Source of the DNA: Clostridiales bacterium
Lineage (GTDB): Bacteria; Acidobacteriota; Aminicenantia; Aminicenantales; UBA8522
Length of the DNA stretch: 64,000 bases
NCBI GenBank assembly: GCA_029907205.1
Contig: JARYMI010000017.1
Span: 21 to 64,020, forward strand
Direction: 5' to 3'
A model generated the notes under the pieces. The model worked only from the letters and a program-made list of their open reading frames with translations. It ran no database searches and had not been told where the DNA came from. Made by a program: the position numbers and the translations under genes. The stretch's first letter is position 1. The number at the start of each line of letters is the position of its first letter. This document shows positions 1 through 7,978 of the stretch, in pieces.

Positions 1-663
1 CTTGAGGTCCTCAAGATGGCCTTTGATTACATGCCCGGAAACTACGATATTTTTTCTGGCATCATTGCCTTTCTCATGGAGGATTCCCAGGACAACGCTG
101 TCATCGAGGGGCTGAAGGCGTTTCATTTCCGGGAAATGGATTACGACCCGGTGATCTGGAATTACGCGGGTCTTGCCCACTGGCACAAAGGAGATGCCGA
201 GGAAGCTCGGAAATGCTGGGAAAAGGCCATCAAAATTGACGCGAAATTTCCCACTCCTTACAACAACTTAGGGACGCTCTACCATTCCATTTTCAGAGAA
301 ACAAAAGATAGAAAAGTCTATGAACTGGCCCTCGCAAATTTCAAAAAAGCGATTGAGCTTGACCCTTACAACAGCAAATGCTACAACGGCCTGGGGTTGC
401 TTCATCTGGAAGCAGCCGCTTACCAGGAGGCCATCGCCGCCCTGGAAGAAGCATTAAGAATTGACCCGGATTTCCCCGATGCCCTTTATAATGTGGGCAT
501 CGCCCATATGAAAATCGGAGGCTATTCCACCGCCCTCAAGTTCTTTCAGGCGTTTAAGGCCAGCCACGCTTATCAGTCTCTCAGTCCTTCCGAAAAAGAA
601 GAGGTGGAAAAACTCATCCAGACATGCAGACAGAACTCAAGAGCTAAAAGGCCATCTCCATAA
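1..663 (+). CDS. Tetratricopeptide repeat protein, C-terminal part (5'-truncated by window edge)
   Basis: Frame is open from base 1 (CTT GAG GTC CTC AAG ATG...). Repeated TPR motifs: WNYAGLAH..A..CWEKAIKIDAK, YNNLGTLY, YNGLGLLH..A...LEEALRIDP, ALYNVGIAH. Confidence 0.85.
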   Translation, partial: LEVLKMAFDYMPGNYDIFSGIIAFLMEDSQDNAVIEGLKAFHFREMDYDPVIWNYAGLAHWHKGDAEEARKCWEKAIKIDAKFPTPYNNLGTLYHSIFRETKDRKVYELALANFKKAIELDPYNSKCYNGLGLLHLEAAAYQEAIAALEEALRIDPDFPDALYNVGIAHMKIGGYSTALKFFQAFKASHAYQSLSPSEKEEVEKLIQTCRQNSRAKRPSP

Positions 664-1618
664 CCTTCTGCTGCACGTCCCCTCCTGTCAGGTTCTTCAG
701 CCGGATAAAGAGCTTATTCTTGCCCTGGCGCAGTCTCTCCAGGTTGCCTTCCCAGAGGAATGGAATTTCTTGCTTGAAAGAGGCGTTCATTTTCTTCTTG
801 AGCTCGTCCTCGGCAAGGGCGACTTCGAAGGAAGACTTGAGCTCCCAGAACAGCTCGCCACCCGAGTCCTGGAGCTCCAGATGGTATTCGACCTGCGTCT
901 TGAGCATCCCGGCCTCTTCCTTGAACCAGATGGCGGAGTAAGGAATCTCTAAGAGGACTTGGCCCTCGATTTTTTCCGCTTCGACCGTCCTTCTCACCTT
1001 CCAGTTGAAGTCGAAAAAGCCTTTTTCTCTTTTAAACGTTTTTTGGGCCCGGGCCTGGGCCATGCTGAGCTCGTGCATGTACATCAGGTTGAAGTCGCGA
1101 AGAGAGGTCAAATCATAGGTGATGAGCTTATAGTCCCCCGTGCAGGTGCGATCCTGGAAAACCACCGGGAAATTGCCGTAGTACCAGACCTCCCGGCAGG
1201 AGCCGTATTCGTCCCCCATGGAATCAATAATCCTGTCCGTCGGCGGCCCGAAAAGGATGTAGATTCTTCCCCTGTCGGTTAGCCAGCCGGGCCTGCCTTC
1301 GGCCACAAAAAGCTCGGTGGCCTTTTCGATGCGGTCGAAATATTCCATCTTGAACTCGTTCTCCTCGGTGTCCGGGTCCGGGTCGCGCCGGGCCCAGAAG
1401 TCTTCGATGAACTTATCTTTCTCCGCATGAGGAAGCTCCAGGAAGATTTTCTCTTCCTGCCTAGTGATGATATATCTCACTTTGGAAAGGAAATCAGCGT
1501 ACTCGGGCGGGAGCTGCTGGGCCAGCTTATACAGGCGGCAAGAGGAAGAAAGAACAAAGAAAATTGAAAGCGCGCCGAATGAAAGCCAAAAGGTCTTAGT
1601 TAGCTTTGCATTTCTCAT
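644..1618 (-). CDS. GWxTD domain-containing putative lipoprotein
   Basis: FW.RRDPDP..NEFK.EY..R and GWLTDRGRIYILFGPP motifs; N-terminal hydrophobic stretch ending LSSSC (lipobox-like). Confidence 0.85.
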   Translation of the reverse strand: MRNAKLTKTFWLSFGALSIFFVLSSSCRLYKLAQQLPPEYADFLSKVRYIITRQEEKIFLELPHAEKDKFIEDFWARRDPDPDTEENEFKMEYFDRIEKATELFVAEGRPGWLTDRGRIYILFGPPTDRIIDSMGDEYGSCREVWYYGNFPVVFQDRTCTGDYKLITYDLTSLRDFNLMYMHELSMAQARAQKTFKREKGFFDFNWKVRRTVEAEKIEGQVLLEIPYSAIWFKEEAGMLKTQVEYHLELQDSGGELFWELKSSFEVALAEDELKKKMNASFKQEIPFLWEGNLERLRQGKNKLFIRLKNLTGGDVQQKVMEMAF

Positions 1619-1628
1619 CGGCCTTCTC

Positions 1629-2579
1629 CTAATTCTCTAACCTGAACTCGGCCACTTTTCGCCGCTCTTCCTTTCCCGTCCTGTTTTTGACAAGGACGAT
1701 AAGCCTGTTCTTTCCCTCCCGGAGTGACGCCATGTCTTTGTCCACCATGATCGGAATCTCAACCACGCATTTTTCATCCATCCTTTGCTCGAGCTCAGAA
1801 GCGGTTAAAACGAGATCCTGACTGCTCTTGTGCTCCCAGTGGATGGCGTTCCGGCTGTCCCTGAGTTCAAGCGAAAGGTCAAGTGTCGTCTGGAATGTCT
1901 CTCCTTCTGAGGAAAGCCAGATGGACCGGTAGGGAATTTCGATCACAACAACGCCCTCAAGCCTGGACTCAACGCCAGGATTTCTCTTGATGCTGAGGTC
2001 AAAATCAAAACGCGGACCTGTCTGTGCTCCGGTTTGTCGCGCAGCTTCTTGAGCCTTGTTGAGGTCATGAAGATGACTCAGGTTCAGGCTGACCAACGTG
2101 TAGTTTCCGTTGCAGTAGTAATCCAAGAAAACAACTGGAAAATCGCCGTAATACCAGACCTCCTGGCAGCGGCTGTAGGCATCTCCCGACATAGGCGTAG
2201 TGACTCGGTCGGTGGGTGGACCGAAAAGGACGTAGATCTTACCCCTGTCCGTGAGCCAGCCGGGTTTCCCCTCCCCGGGGAAAAGTTTGCCGGCAGAATC
2301 CAAGCGCTGGAAATACTCTTCTTTGAATTCATTGATTTCTGTATAGGGGTCAGGGTCGCGCCGGTCCCAGAAATCCTTGATGAACTGAGGTTTTTCGGAA
2401 TCGGGAAGCTGGAGGAACGCCCGCCTTTCTTCCTCAGTGATAATGTACCGGACTTTGGATAAGAACTCCCCGTATTCCGGCAGCAATCGCCGCTCCAATC
2501 TGTAAAGCCGACAGGCGGGCGCCAGGAGAAAGAGTGCGGCGAAAAAAGCTCCCCAGACGAGGAGCACTTTGTTTTTCAT
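1629..2579 (-). CDS. GWxTD domain-containing putative lipoprotein (paralog of 644-1618)
   Basis: GWLTDRGKIYVLFGPP motif; signal ending LAPAC; visibly co-linear with the neighbouring gene. Confidence 0.85.
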   Translation of the reverse strand: MKNKVLLVWGAFFAALFLLAPACRLYRLERRLLPEYGEFLSKVRYIITEEERRAFLQLPDSEKPQFIKDFWDRRDPDPYTEINEFKEEYFQRLDSAGKLFPGEGKPGWLTDRGKIYVLFGPPTDRVTTPMSGDAYSRCQEVWYYGDFPVVFLDYYCNGNYTLVSLNLSHLHDLNKAQEAARQTGAQTGPRFDFDLSIKRNPGVESRLEGVVVIEIPYRSIWLSSEGETFQTTLDLSLELRDSRNAIHWEHKSSQDLVLTASELEQRMDEKCVVEIPIMVDKDMASLREGKNRLIVLVKNRTGKEERRKVAEFRLEN

Positions 2580-4636
2580 TTTTTTCCCTTCAGGTTCTCG
2601 ACGTGCTGGCGAATTACAGGCTGATCGGCGTTAATCTCCAGGGACTTCTCCCAGACAGCGAGGGCTGCCTTGACGTCTCCCTTCTGGAAATAACATTCAC
2701 CAATGGCGTTGAGCAAGTTTGTGTTGGTCCCGTAGTGGGACACAACCCGGTCATAGACCTCGATGGCTTTATCCAGCTCACCCATGTGCTGGTAAGCCCT
2801 TCCCATGAGAAAGAGGAGCTCGTAGCGGGGCGTCTCTTCCTTGTCCAAGAAAGGCCCAAGAAGAGGCCCAACCTTCCCAAAATCTCTCTTAACCATATAG
2901 GCCTGAGCCAGGTTGAGGGCAAAATCCGTTGATTCGGGTTTTCGCCTCGACGCCCTCTCAAGATGGACAACGGCCTCATCGATCCGCCCAACGTTAAAAA
3001 GCTGACTGCCGACAAAGTATTCGTAAACCGGGTCGCTCGGGTCGGGAAGAATCCTGGAATGGACCCAGGGCCGGCTGACAGCCTCGAAATGGGTGACGTC
3101 GAAAGCCTCGCTCGCGGACAGAGATTCTTGCCCGTCAATGATTAGGGTTGCTTTGACAACATAATGAGCCGGGACGAAATCTGTTAGGGCAATTTCCTCC
3201 AGCAGGACGGGAAAGTCCGGGTATTCGGAAAGCTTTCTGGAAAAGCTGCGGACCGATTCTTCATCCTTGAGAAAAGTGTATCTGACCTCGGTTTTTTCCT
3301 TCAGCCCGGGTTCAAGACCAAGCACCTGGAAGATCAAGCCGAGAGTGTCCTTCTTGACGAAAACACGGTTGGGCGCAGAGTAGACCTGGCAGGGCCCGAT
3401 GCGGAAGGGCTTAAGGCTTTTCTGCCATCCATCAACTCTTGTCACCTTATAACCCAGGATGAGCGGCGTCATCTGGAATTGAGCTTCGTCCCCCGGAATG
3501 AGAAGAGTCTGCTCCAACGATGTAAATTCCTTTGAAACCTCGTTCTTGACCAGGATTGACAGGTTGTATGTCCCGGGAATGAGGGGGAACATATCGTGAA
3601 TGTTGAGCGGCTGGCGGCTGATGCTGGCCATCTTAGCTTCGTCAAGATCCAGGGAGATCGTCCGGTCGAACTGAAAGACTATCTTCCCCTCGGGTGTTGT
3701 CACGCTGCCGTTCAGTTTCAGGGTCGTGTAGTACTTCCTCTCATACTGTCCCACGGACAGTCTCTCCGGCTCGATCGAGAAATGGACGAAGGTGAGGCCG
3801 GACGGCTCTTTCACGATTTTTACAAGGGAGTCGCTGCCAATGTAGTTGGCCGTGTACTCCACCTCGACGATATCCTTGTACTGGAGGAATTTCTGGGCGT
3901 ATTTCTCTTCGATCAGGCGCTGGGGCGTCGTCTCGATCCTCTGAACGAGCAGGTCAGAGGCCAGAGAAGGGCGGCCGATCGACGCCGATGCTTCTCCGGG
4001 GATATAGGAGAGTGAAGCATCAGCCAGCTCCGGTTCAAATTCTTTGAGCTTCTCATAAGCGCTCATGTAATCAATCGGATCGCCTTCATAAGAAGTCAGC
4101 AGTTTCTGGGGCCCGTCTCTCGTCGGGCTGTAGAGCTTGTATTCTCCGACGCCCCCTTCCTGGAAAAACACCAGGTTGAATCCTGGCGGCAGGCCCTCTT
4201 CTGTCTTGCCCTGGTAAAACCAGATCTCAGCTGCATAGGTCTGGGTTTTCCCCTCCAGCCGCTGGATATCGTTCGGTTCTCCGAGAATGATGTAGATGCG
4301 GCCCTGGTCTGTCTTCCAGCCGGGTCTTGGCGATTTGCGGCCAAAAAAATGGTTGGCATAGTTGATACGCCTGTAGTGCTCTGTCCTGAATTCATTTTCG
4401 GGGGTCCCGGGGGTTGGATCTCTCTGCTTCCAGAAGCCCTCGATAAAAAGGTCTCTCTCTCTGTCTGTTGTAAGCTTTAAGAAAACTTCTCGCTCCAAGC
4501 GTCCGATGATGTAGACGACCTCCTCGTCCAGCCATTTCTTGAAGCGTTCGGGAAGCTCGGTTTTCGCAGAAAAGCTGACCGAAGGAACTAAGGTGAAGCT
4601 CGCGGCAAGCAAAAGAGACAGGATTTTTGTTTTCAC
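2576..4636 (-). CDS. GWxTD domain protein with C-terminal TPRs, signal peptide
   Basis: W.DEEVVYII...E..FW..RDPTPGT.ENEF and GWKTDQGRIYIILGEP; C-terminal TPRs; GTG start preceded by AGGAG; 4-nt overlap with the next gene. Confidence 0.88.
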   Translation of the reverse strand: MKTKILSLLLAASFTLVPSVSFSAKTELPERFKKWLDEEVVYIIGRLEREVFLKLTTDRERDLFIEGFWKQRDPTPGTPENEFRTEHYRRINYANHFFGRKSPRPGWKTDQGRIYIILGEPNDIQRLEGKTQTYAAEIWFYQGKTEEGLPPGFNLVFFQEGGVGEYKLYSPTRDGPQKLLTSYEGDPIDYMSAYEKLKEFEPELADASLSYIPGEASASIGRPSLASDLLVQRIETTPQRLIEEKYAQKFLQYKDIVEVEYTANYIGSDSLVKIVKEPSGLTFVHFSIEPERLSVGQYERKYYTTLKLNGSVTTPEGKIVFQFDRTISLDLDEAKMASISRQPLNIHDMFPLIPGTYNLSILVKNEVSKEFTSLEQTLLIPGDEAQFQMTPLILGYKVTRVDGWQKSLKPFRIGPCQVYSAPNRVFVKKDTLGLIFQVLGLEPGLKEKTEVRYTFLKDEESVRSFSRKLSEYPDFPVLLEEIALTDFVPAHYVVKATLIIDGQESLSASEAFDVTHFEAVSRPWVHSRILPDPSDPVYEYFVGSQLFNVGRIDEAVVHLERASRRKPESTDFALNLAQAYMVKRDFGKVGPLLGPFLDKEETPRYELLFLMGRAYQHMGELDKAIEVYDRVVSHYGTNTNLLNAIGECYFQKGDVKAALAVWEKSLEINADQPVIRQHVENLKGKK

Positions 4637-4703
4637 GCCGGGACTCCTCTTTTTCTAAGATAAACCTATCAGCCGATAAATTCAAGGACACGCGTTAATA
4701 AGA

Positions 4704-4719
4704 TGCAAATTTTATGCCA
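4704..4719 (-). promoter_or_regulatory. Sigma-54 (-24/-12) promoter of the GWxTD operon
   Basis: Minus strand reads TGGCAT-AAAAT-TTGCA, matching TGGCAC-N5-TTGCW at exact spacing, about 70 nt upstream of the 4636 start. Confidence 0.75.
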
Positions 4720-4723
4720 AATT

Positions 4724-4902
4724 GGCTCGGGTTTGGGGTCGTCAGCACGCTCGTTTCCCCAGCGAGGAAACTCGCTCCGACTCATCCTTCGCTCTTCTCT
4801 CCCTCCGGTCGAGAAACCGTGCCCGCTCAGTCTTCGACGGGCTTCCTCACCCCAAACCCTCGCCTCTTCCCCAGGGGCCGAGGGCGGCTTCCTGCGCCCA
4901 TC
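4724..4902. repeat. Structured intergenic REP/MITE-like element, related to 36225-36433
   Basis: 11-bp inverted repeat GGGTTTGGGGT (4729-4739)/ACCCCAAACCC (4849-4859); internal hairpin AGCGAG-GAAA-CTCGCT; 4724-4745 matches 36225-36246 at 20/22. Confidence 0.55.
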
Positions 4903-4964
4903 AGAAACGCACAAACGGGGATTCTCATAGAGGAGTGTCAAGCCGTCACATCTGGCAGGGTCTG

Positions 4965-4973
4965 TGTTATAAT
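4965..4973 (+). promoter_or_regulatory. Extended -10 sigma-70 promoter for 5012-7006
   Basis: TGtTATAAT about 40 nt upstream of the ORF start. Confidence 0.55.
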
Positions 4974-5011
4974 AGCAAATCTTTTAAGGGCTCGATCGAG
5001 TTGTTCAGCCG

Positions 5012-5650
5012 ATGCGACTGATGACAGTCTTGAAATTCGGAGTATTTATCTCTTTCGGGCTTTCCCTCATCCTCCTCACGATTCAGGTTCTGCACGCTCT
5101 ATCCTTCGGCCGGCACCGCCTCTTATCCCAGCCGGCAGGAAAGAGACGGAAGGGCGTCGTTTATGCCTTCGGCCAGGGCATGCTCCCCTGGGAAAAGGAA
5201 AGCGGGGCTAAGCACCTGCCCACTTACATCGCCGGGATGTTCTACCATGCTGGCATCTTTTCGGCCATTCTGGCTGTTTTGGCGCTGGCCGCCCAGGTCA
5301 AATTACCGGAAGTGACCGTCCCCTTTCTCCAAATCATGATGGCCGCCGGGCTCCTTGCCGGGGTGGGCCTACTCCTCAAGCGGGCGATTAAACCCCGGAT
5401 GAAATACATCAGTTGCCCGGATGACTTCGTTGCCAACATCCTCGTTGATGTTTTCCTCCTAACCGGTCTTGTCAGTTTTTGGCGCGCTACGGCCCTGCCC
5501 GCGTTCCTCATTGCTGCCATCACAACTTTCTTCTATGTGCCCATAGGTAAAATCCGCCACTGTCTTTTCTTCTTCTACAGCCGTCTTCTCTTCGGCTCCT
5601 ATTTCGGAAGGCGTGGTGTCCTTCCCCGCAGAGGACCGGCCAGGATTTAA
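5012..5650 (+). CDS. NarI/DsrM/HmcE-like membrane cytochrome b subunit
   Basis: About 5 hydrophobic helices; FYHAGIF and P.GKIRH motifs of the respiratory nitrate reductase gamma family; directly upstream of a CCG Fe-S protein. Confidence 0.65.
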   Translation: MRLMTVLKFGVFISFGLSLILLTIQVLHALSFGRHRLLSQPAGKRRKGVVYAFGQGMLPWEKESGAKHLPTYIAGMFYHAGIFSAILAVLALAAQVKLPEVTVPFLQIMMAAGLLAGVGLLLKRAIKPRMKYISCPDDFVANILVDVFLLTGLVSFWRATALPAFLIAAITTFFYVPIGKIRHCLFFFYSRLLFGSYFGRRGVLPRRGPARI

Positions 5651-5659
5651 GGTCTGAGC

Positions 5660-7006
5660 ATGAGCATATCCGTTATCCCTGCCGATGCCATCGAGGAGAA
5701 AATCCAGAAGCTCACCGAAAAAGATGTCAAAAGGATTTTGACCGTTTTCCGGGAAAAACTGGATGCGAACGCCGCCTGCTCCCTCTACTCCTGTGTCCAT
5801 TGCGGCCTCTGCGCCGACTCCTGCCATTACTACCTCGCTGCGGGAGAGCCAGAAGCAATGCCGGCGGCAAAGTTAGACCTGGTGAACCGGGTCTTTAAAA
5901 AATATCACTCCCTCATAGGAAGGAAGCTGCCTCAGCTCGCTGGCGCTAATCCCTTGACGAGGGAGCTCGTCCGGAATTGGGTAGATTCACTTTTCGGGCG
6001 GTGCACCTTGTGCGGCCGGTGTTCCTTGAGCTGCACGATGGGCATCAATATCTTCTCTCTTATCCGCGCCGCCAGGTCTGCCCTGGCCGCTGTCGGGCTT
6101 GTCCCTCCCGGGCTCCAATCGACCGTCGACACGGCCATCCGATCCGGCAACAACATGGGAATTTCGAAGGAGAACTGGCTGGAGACAGTGGCCTGGCTGG
6201 AAGAAGAGCTCCAGAATGAGCTCCGTGACCCGCGGCTCCGCCTGCCTGTTGACCGCAAAGGTGCGAAAATCCTCTACGCGATCAACCCAAGGGAGGCGAT
6301 GTTTTTTCCTCTCTCGATCTCAGCGGTCGGCAAGATTTTTCATGCGGCGGCCGAAGACTGGACGTTCTCGAGCGCCAACTTCGATGTCACTAACTACGGC
6401 CTTTATAACGGAGACGACGAGGCCGCCGGTATCATGTCGGGCCGGCTGCTGCGGGCCGCTGAAGAGCTCGACTGCCGCGAGCTCGTCCTGGCCGAATGCG
6501 GCCACGGGTTTAACTCCAACCGCTGGGAAGCGCCGGAATGGCTGCGCCGGAAGCAGAGCCTCAGAGTGCGGAGCATCCTTGAGGTGGTGGCCGAGCACAT
6601 CCAAAACGGCCGCATCAAGCTCGACGCTTCCCGCAACGCAAAGCTCCACACCCTCCACGACCCCTGCAACCTCGTCCGCCTCGGGGGAATCATCGAGGAG
6701 CAGCGGTATATTCTCAAGCACGCCGTCGGGGATTTCGTTGAAATGCATCCAAACCGCGAGAAAAATTACTGCTGCGGCGGAGGCGGCGGCCAGTTGGCCA
6801 TGACCAACTTTGCTCGCCGGAGGATCGAGGCCGGGAAGATCAAGACCGACCAAATCCTGGCGACCGGCGCTGAGGTCGTCGCCACTCCCTGCCACAACTG
6901 CATCGACCAGCTCATGGACCTCAAGAAACATTACAAGCTGGCGATAGAAATAAGAACTGTCTGCGAGATAGCCGCCGACGCTCTGATTATCGAGGCTAAA
7001 AGCTAA
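5660..7006 (+). CDS. (Fe-S)-binding CCG-domain oxidoreductase (HmcF/TmcB/DsrK/HdrD-like)
   Basis: Two CxxCxxCxxxC motifs (CVHCGLCADSC, CTLCGRCSLSC), plus ECGH, HDPC, CCGGGGG and PCHNC. Confidence 0.88.
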   Translation: MSISVIPADAIEEKIQKLTEKDVKRILTVFREKLDANAACSLYSCVHCGLCADSCHYYLAAGEPEAMPAAKLDLVNRVFKKYHSLIGRKLPQLAGANPLTRELVRNWVDSLFGRCTLCGRCSLSCTMGINIFSLIRAARSALAAVGLVPPGLQSTVDTAIRSGNNMGISKENWLETVAWLEEELQNELRDPRLRLPVDRKGAKILYAINPREAMFFPLSISAVGKIFHAAAEDWTFSSANFDVTNYGLYNGDDEAAGIMSGRLLRAAEELDCRELVLAECGHGFNSNRWEAPEWLRRKQSLRVRSILEVVAEHIQNGRIKLDASRNAKLHTLHDPCNLVRLGGIIEEQRYILKHAVGDFVEMHPNREKNYCCGGGGGQLAMTNFARRRIEAGKIKTDQILATGAEVVATPCHNCIDQLMDLKKHYKLAIEIRTVCEIAADALIIEAKS

Positions 7007-7398
7007 ACGCATTCGTATCCATACTCCTGGAAATGACGGTCGAAGGCAAAGGCTTTCTGGACTCCGGTCCGTCGCATGATTTCAAAACTCACGCAGTCGA
7101 CAAGGCTAAGCGTGCGCCGATTCGCAACCAGATGAGCGCTCACGGCCGCTTCATGGATATCCCGGGTCGCCCAAATAAGGCGGAGGATAGGGACAATGTC
7201 CTGTTCAAAAACGTGCCCAGCCTCTATTCCTAAGCGCCGGAGGATGAGCGCCGACGTTTCAACCACAATACAAGTATGGCAGACAAGATCGTCTTTGTCG
7301 GTGAGCATTTTCTCCCAGTGCTTTTTGGCTGCTAAGTGGCTTGTATCTCCTCGACCAAGAACGGCAAGGAAAGCGCTCGGATCGACAAAGACGTTCAT
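7003..7398 (-). CDS. PIN-domain (VapC-family) toxin, possibly decaying
   Basis: VFVDPSA, VVET, SLVDCVSF, FAFDRHF PIN acidic motifs; the usual DTS reads DPS. Confidence 0.8.
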   Translation of the reverse strand: MNVFVDPSAFLAVLGRGDTSHLAAKKHWEKMLTDKDDLVCHTCIVVETSALILRRLGIEAGHVFEQDIVPILRLIWATRDIHEAAVSAHLVANRRTLSLVDCVSFEIMRRTGVQKAFAFDRHFQEYGYECV

Positions 7399-7404
7399 GA
7401 TTCT

Positions 7405-7530
7405 TCAGTCTTGCTTGTCCTCATGTTTCTCCGGCAGTATTCCCGCATAGGCATCTTCGAGGTATCGGTCATGCTCCCGGGAAAGATCAGTGAGACCCGA
7501 CCTGAAACGCCCGGCCTCCGCGATGGCCCG
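7405..7530 (-). pseudogene. C-terminal remnant of a CopG/RHH-type antitoxin
   Basis: Minus strand reads RAIAEAGRFRSGLTDLSREHDRYLEDAYAGILPEKHEDKQD*, ending just before the PIN start. G.FRSG..DLS..HD.YL is typical of antitoxins paired with this VapC clade. No N-terminal half or start codon is present. Confidence 0.7.
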
Positions 7531-7825
7531 AGACCGCTTCGGAGATCTCGTCAAGGCTGTCGTCGATGTCACGAGAGGGATCATGGCCGTTGACGGAGAA
7601 CTCCATGCTGACGAAGAAGCCCTTCTTCTGAGCCGGGGATCTCGTCAGGCGGATCTATGGGGTGTAAATATCTATCCAGAGTTTGACGACAAAGACAGAA
7701 TCGAATTCGATTCGATCATCAACATCCGGCCCTCCCAAGGCAATCGCTCTCGCGGAGTGGACGACTCGGACCTGTGGCGCAAATGCTTCTACGCCTTTGG
7801 ATACGCGGCGCGGTCGTCTAAATAG
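7522..7825 (+). pseudogene. DUF5674-like protein, N-terminally truncated with a foreign C-terminus
   Basis: FGDLVKAVVDV, GELHADEE.LLL, DLWG.NIYP, IEFDS.INIRPSQGNRSRGV motifs. The sequence upstream of 7520 belongs to the opposite-strand antitoxin. Confidence 0.6.
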
Positions 7826-7978
7826 CCGGATGCCCCATTAGTTAGTCCGGCGCAGAGCATCTTTTACGCGGCATCATCATGCTTTCACTTGCTTGAACGC
7901 GGCGGGCGTGCAATTTTTCTCCGTTTAATGTATACTAATAATATAGGTTATATAAGAATAATAGGAATTGAGAAAAAA

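Noticed and set aside
4669-5211. Several overlapping short ORFs in the 4.7-5.0 kb spacer
   Set aside because: Pro/Arg/Ser-rich translations of the GC-rich structured repeat, with no SD or domain signal.
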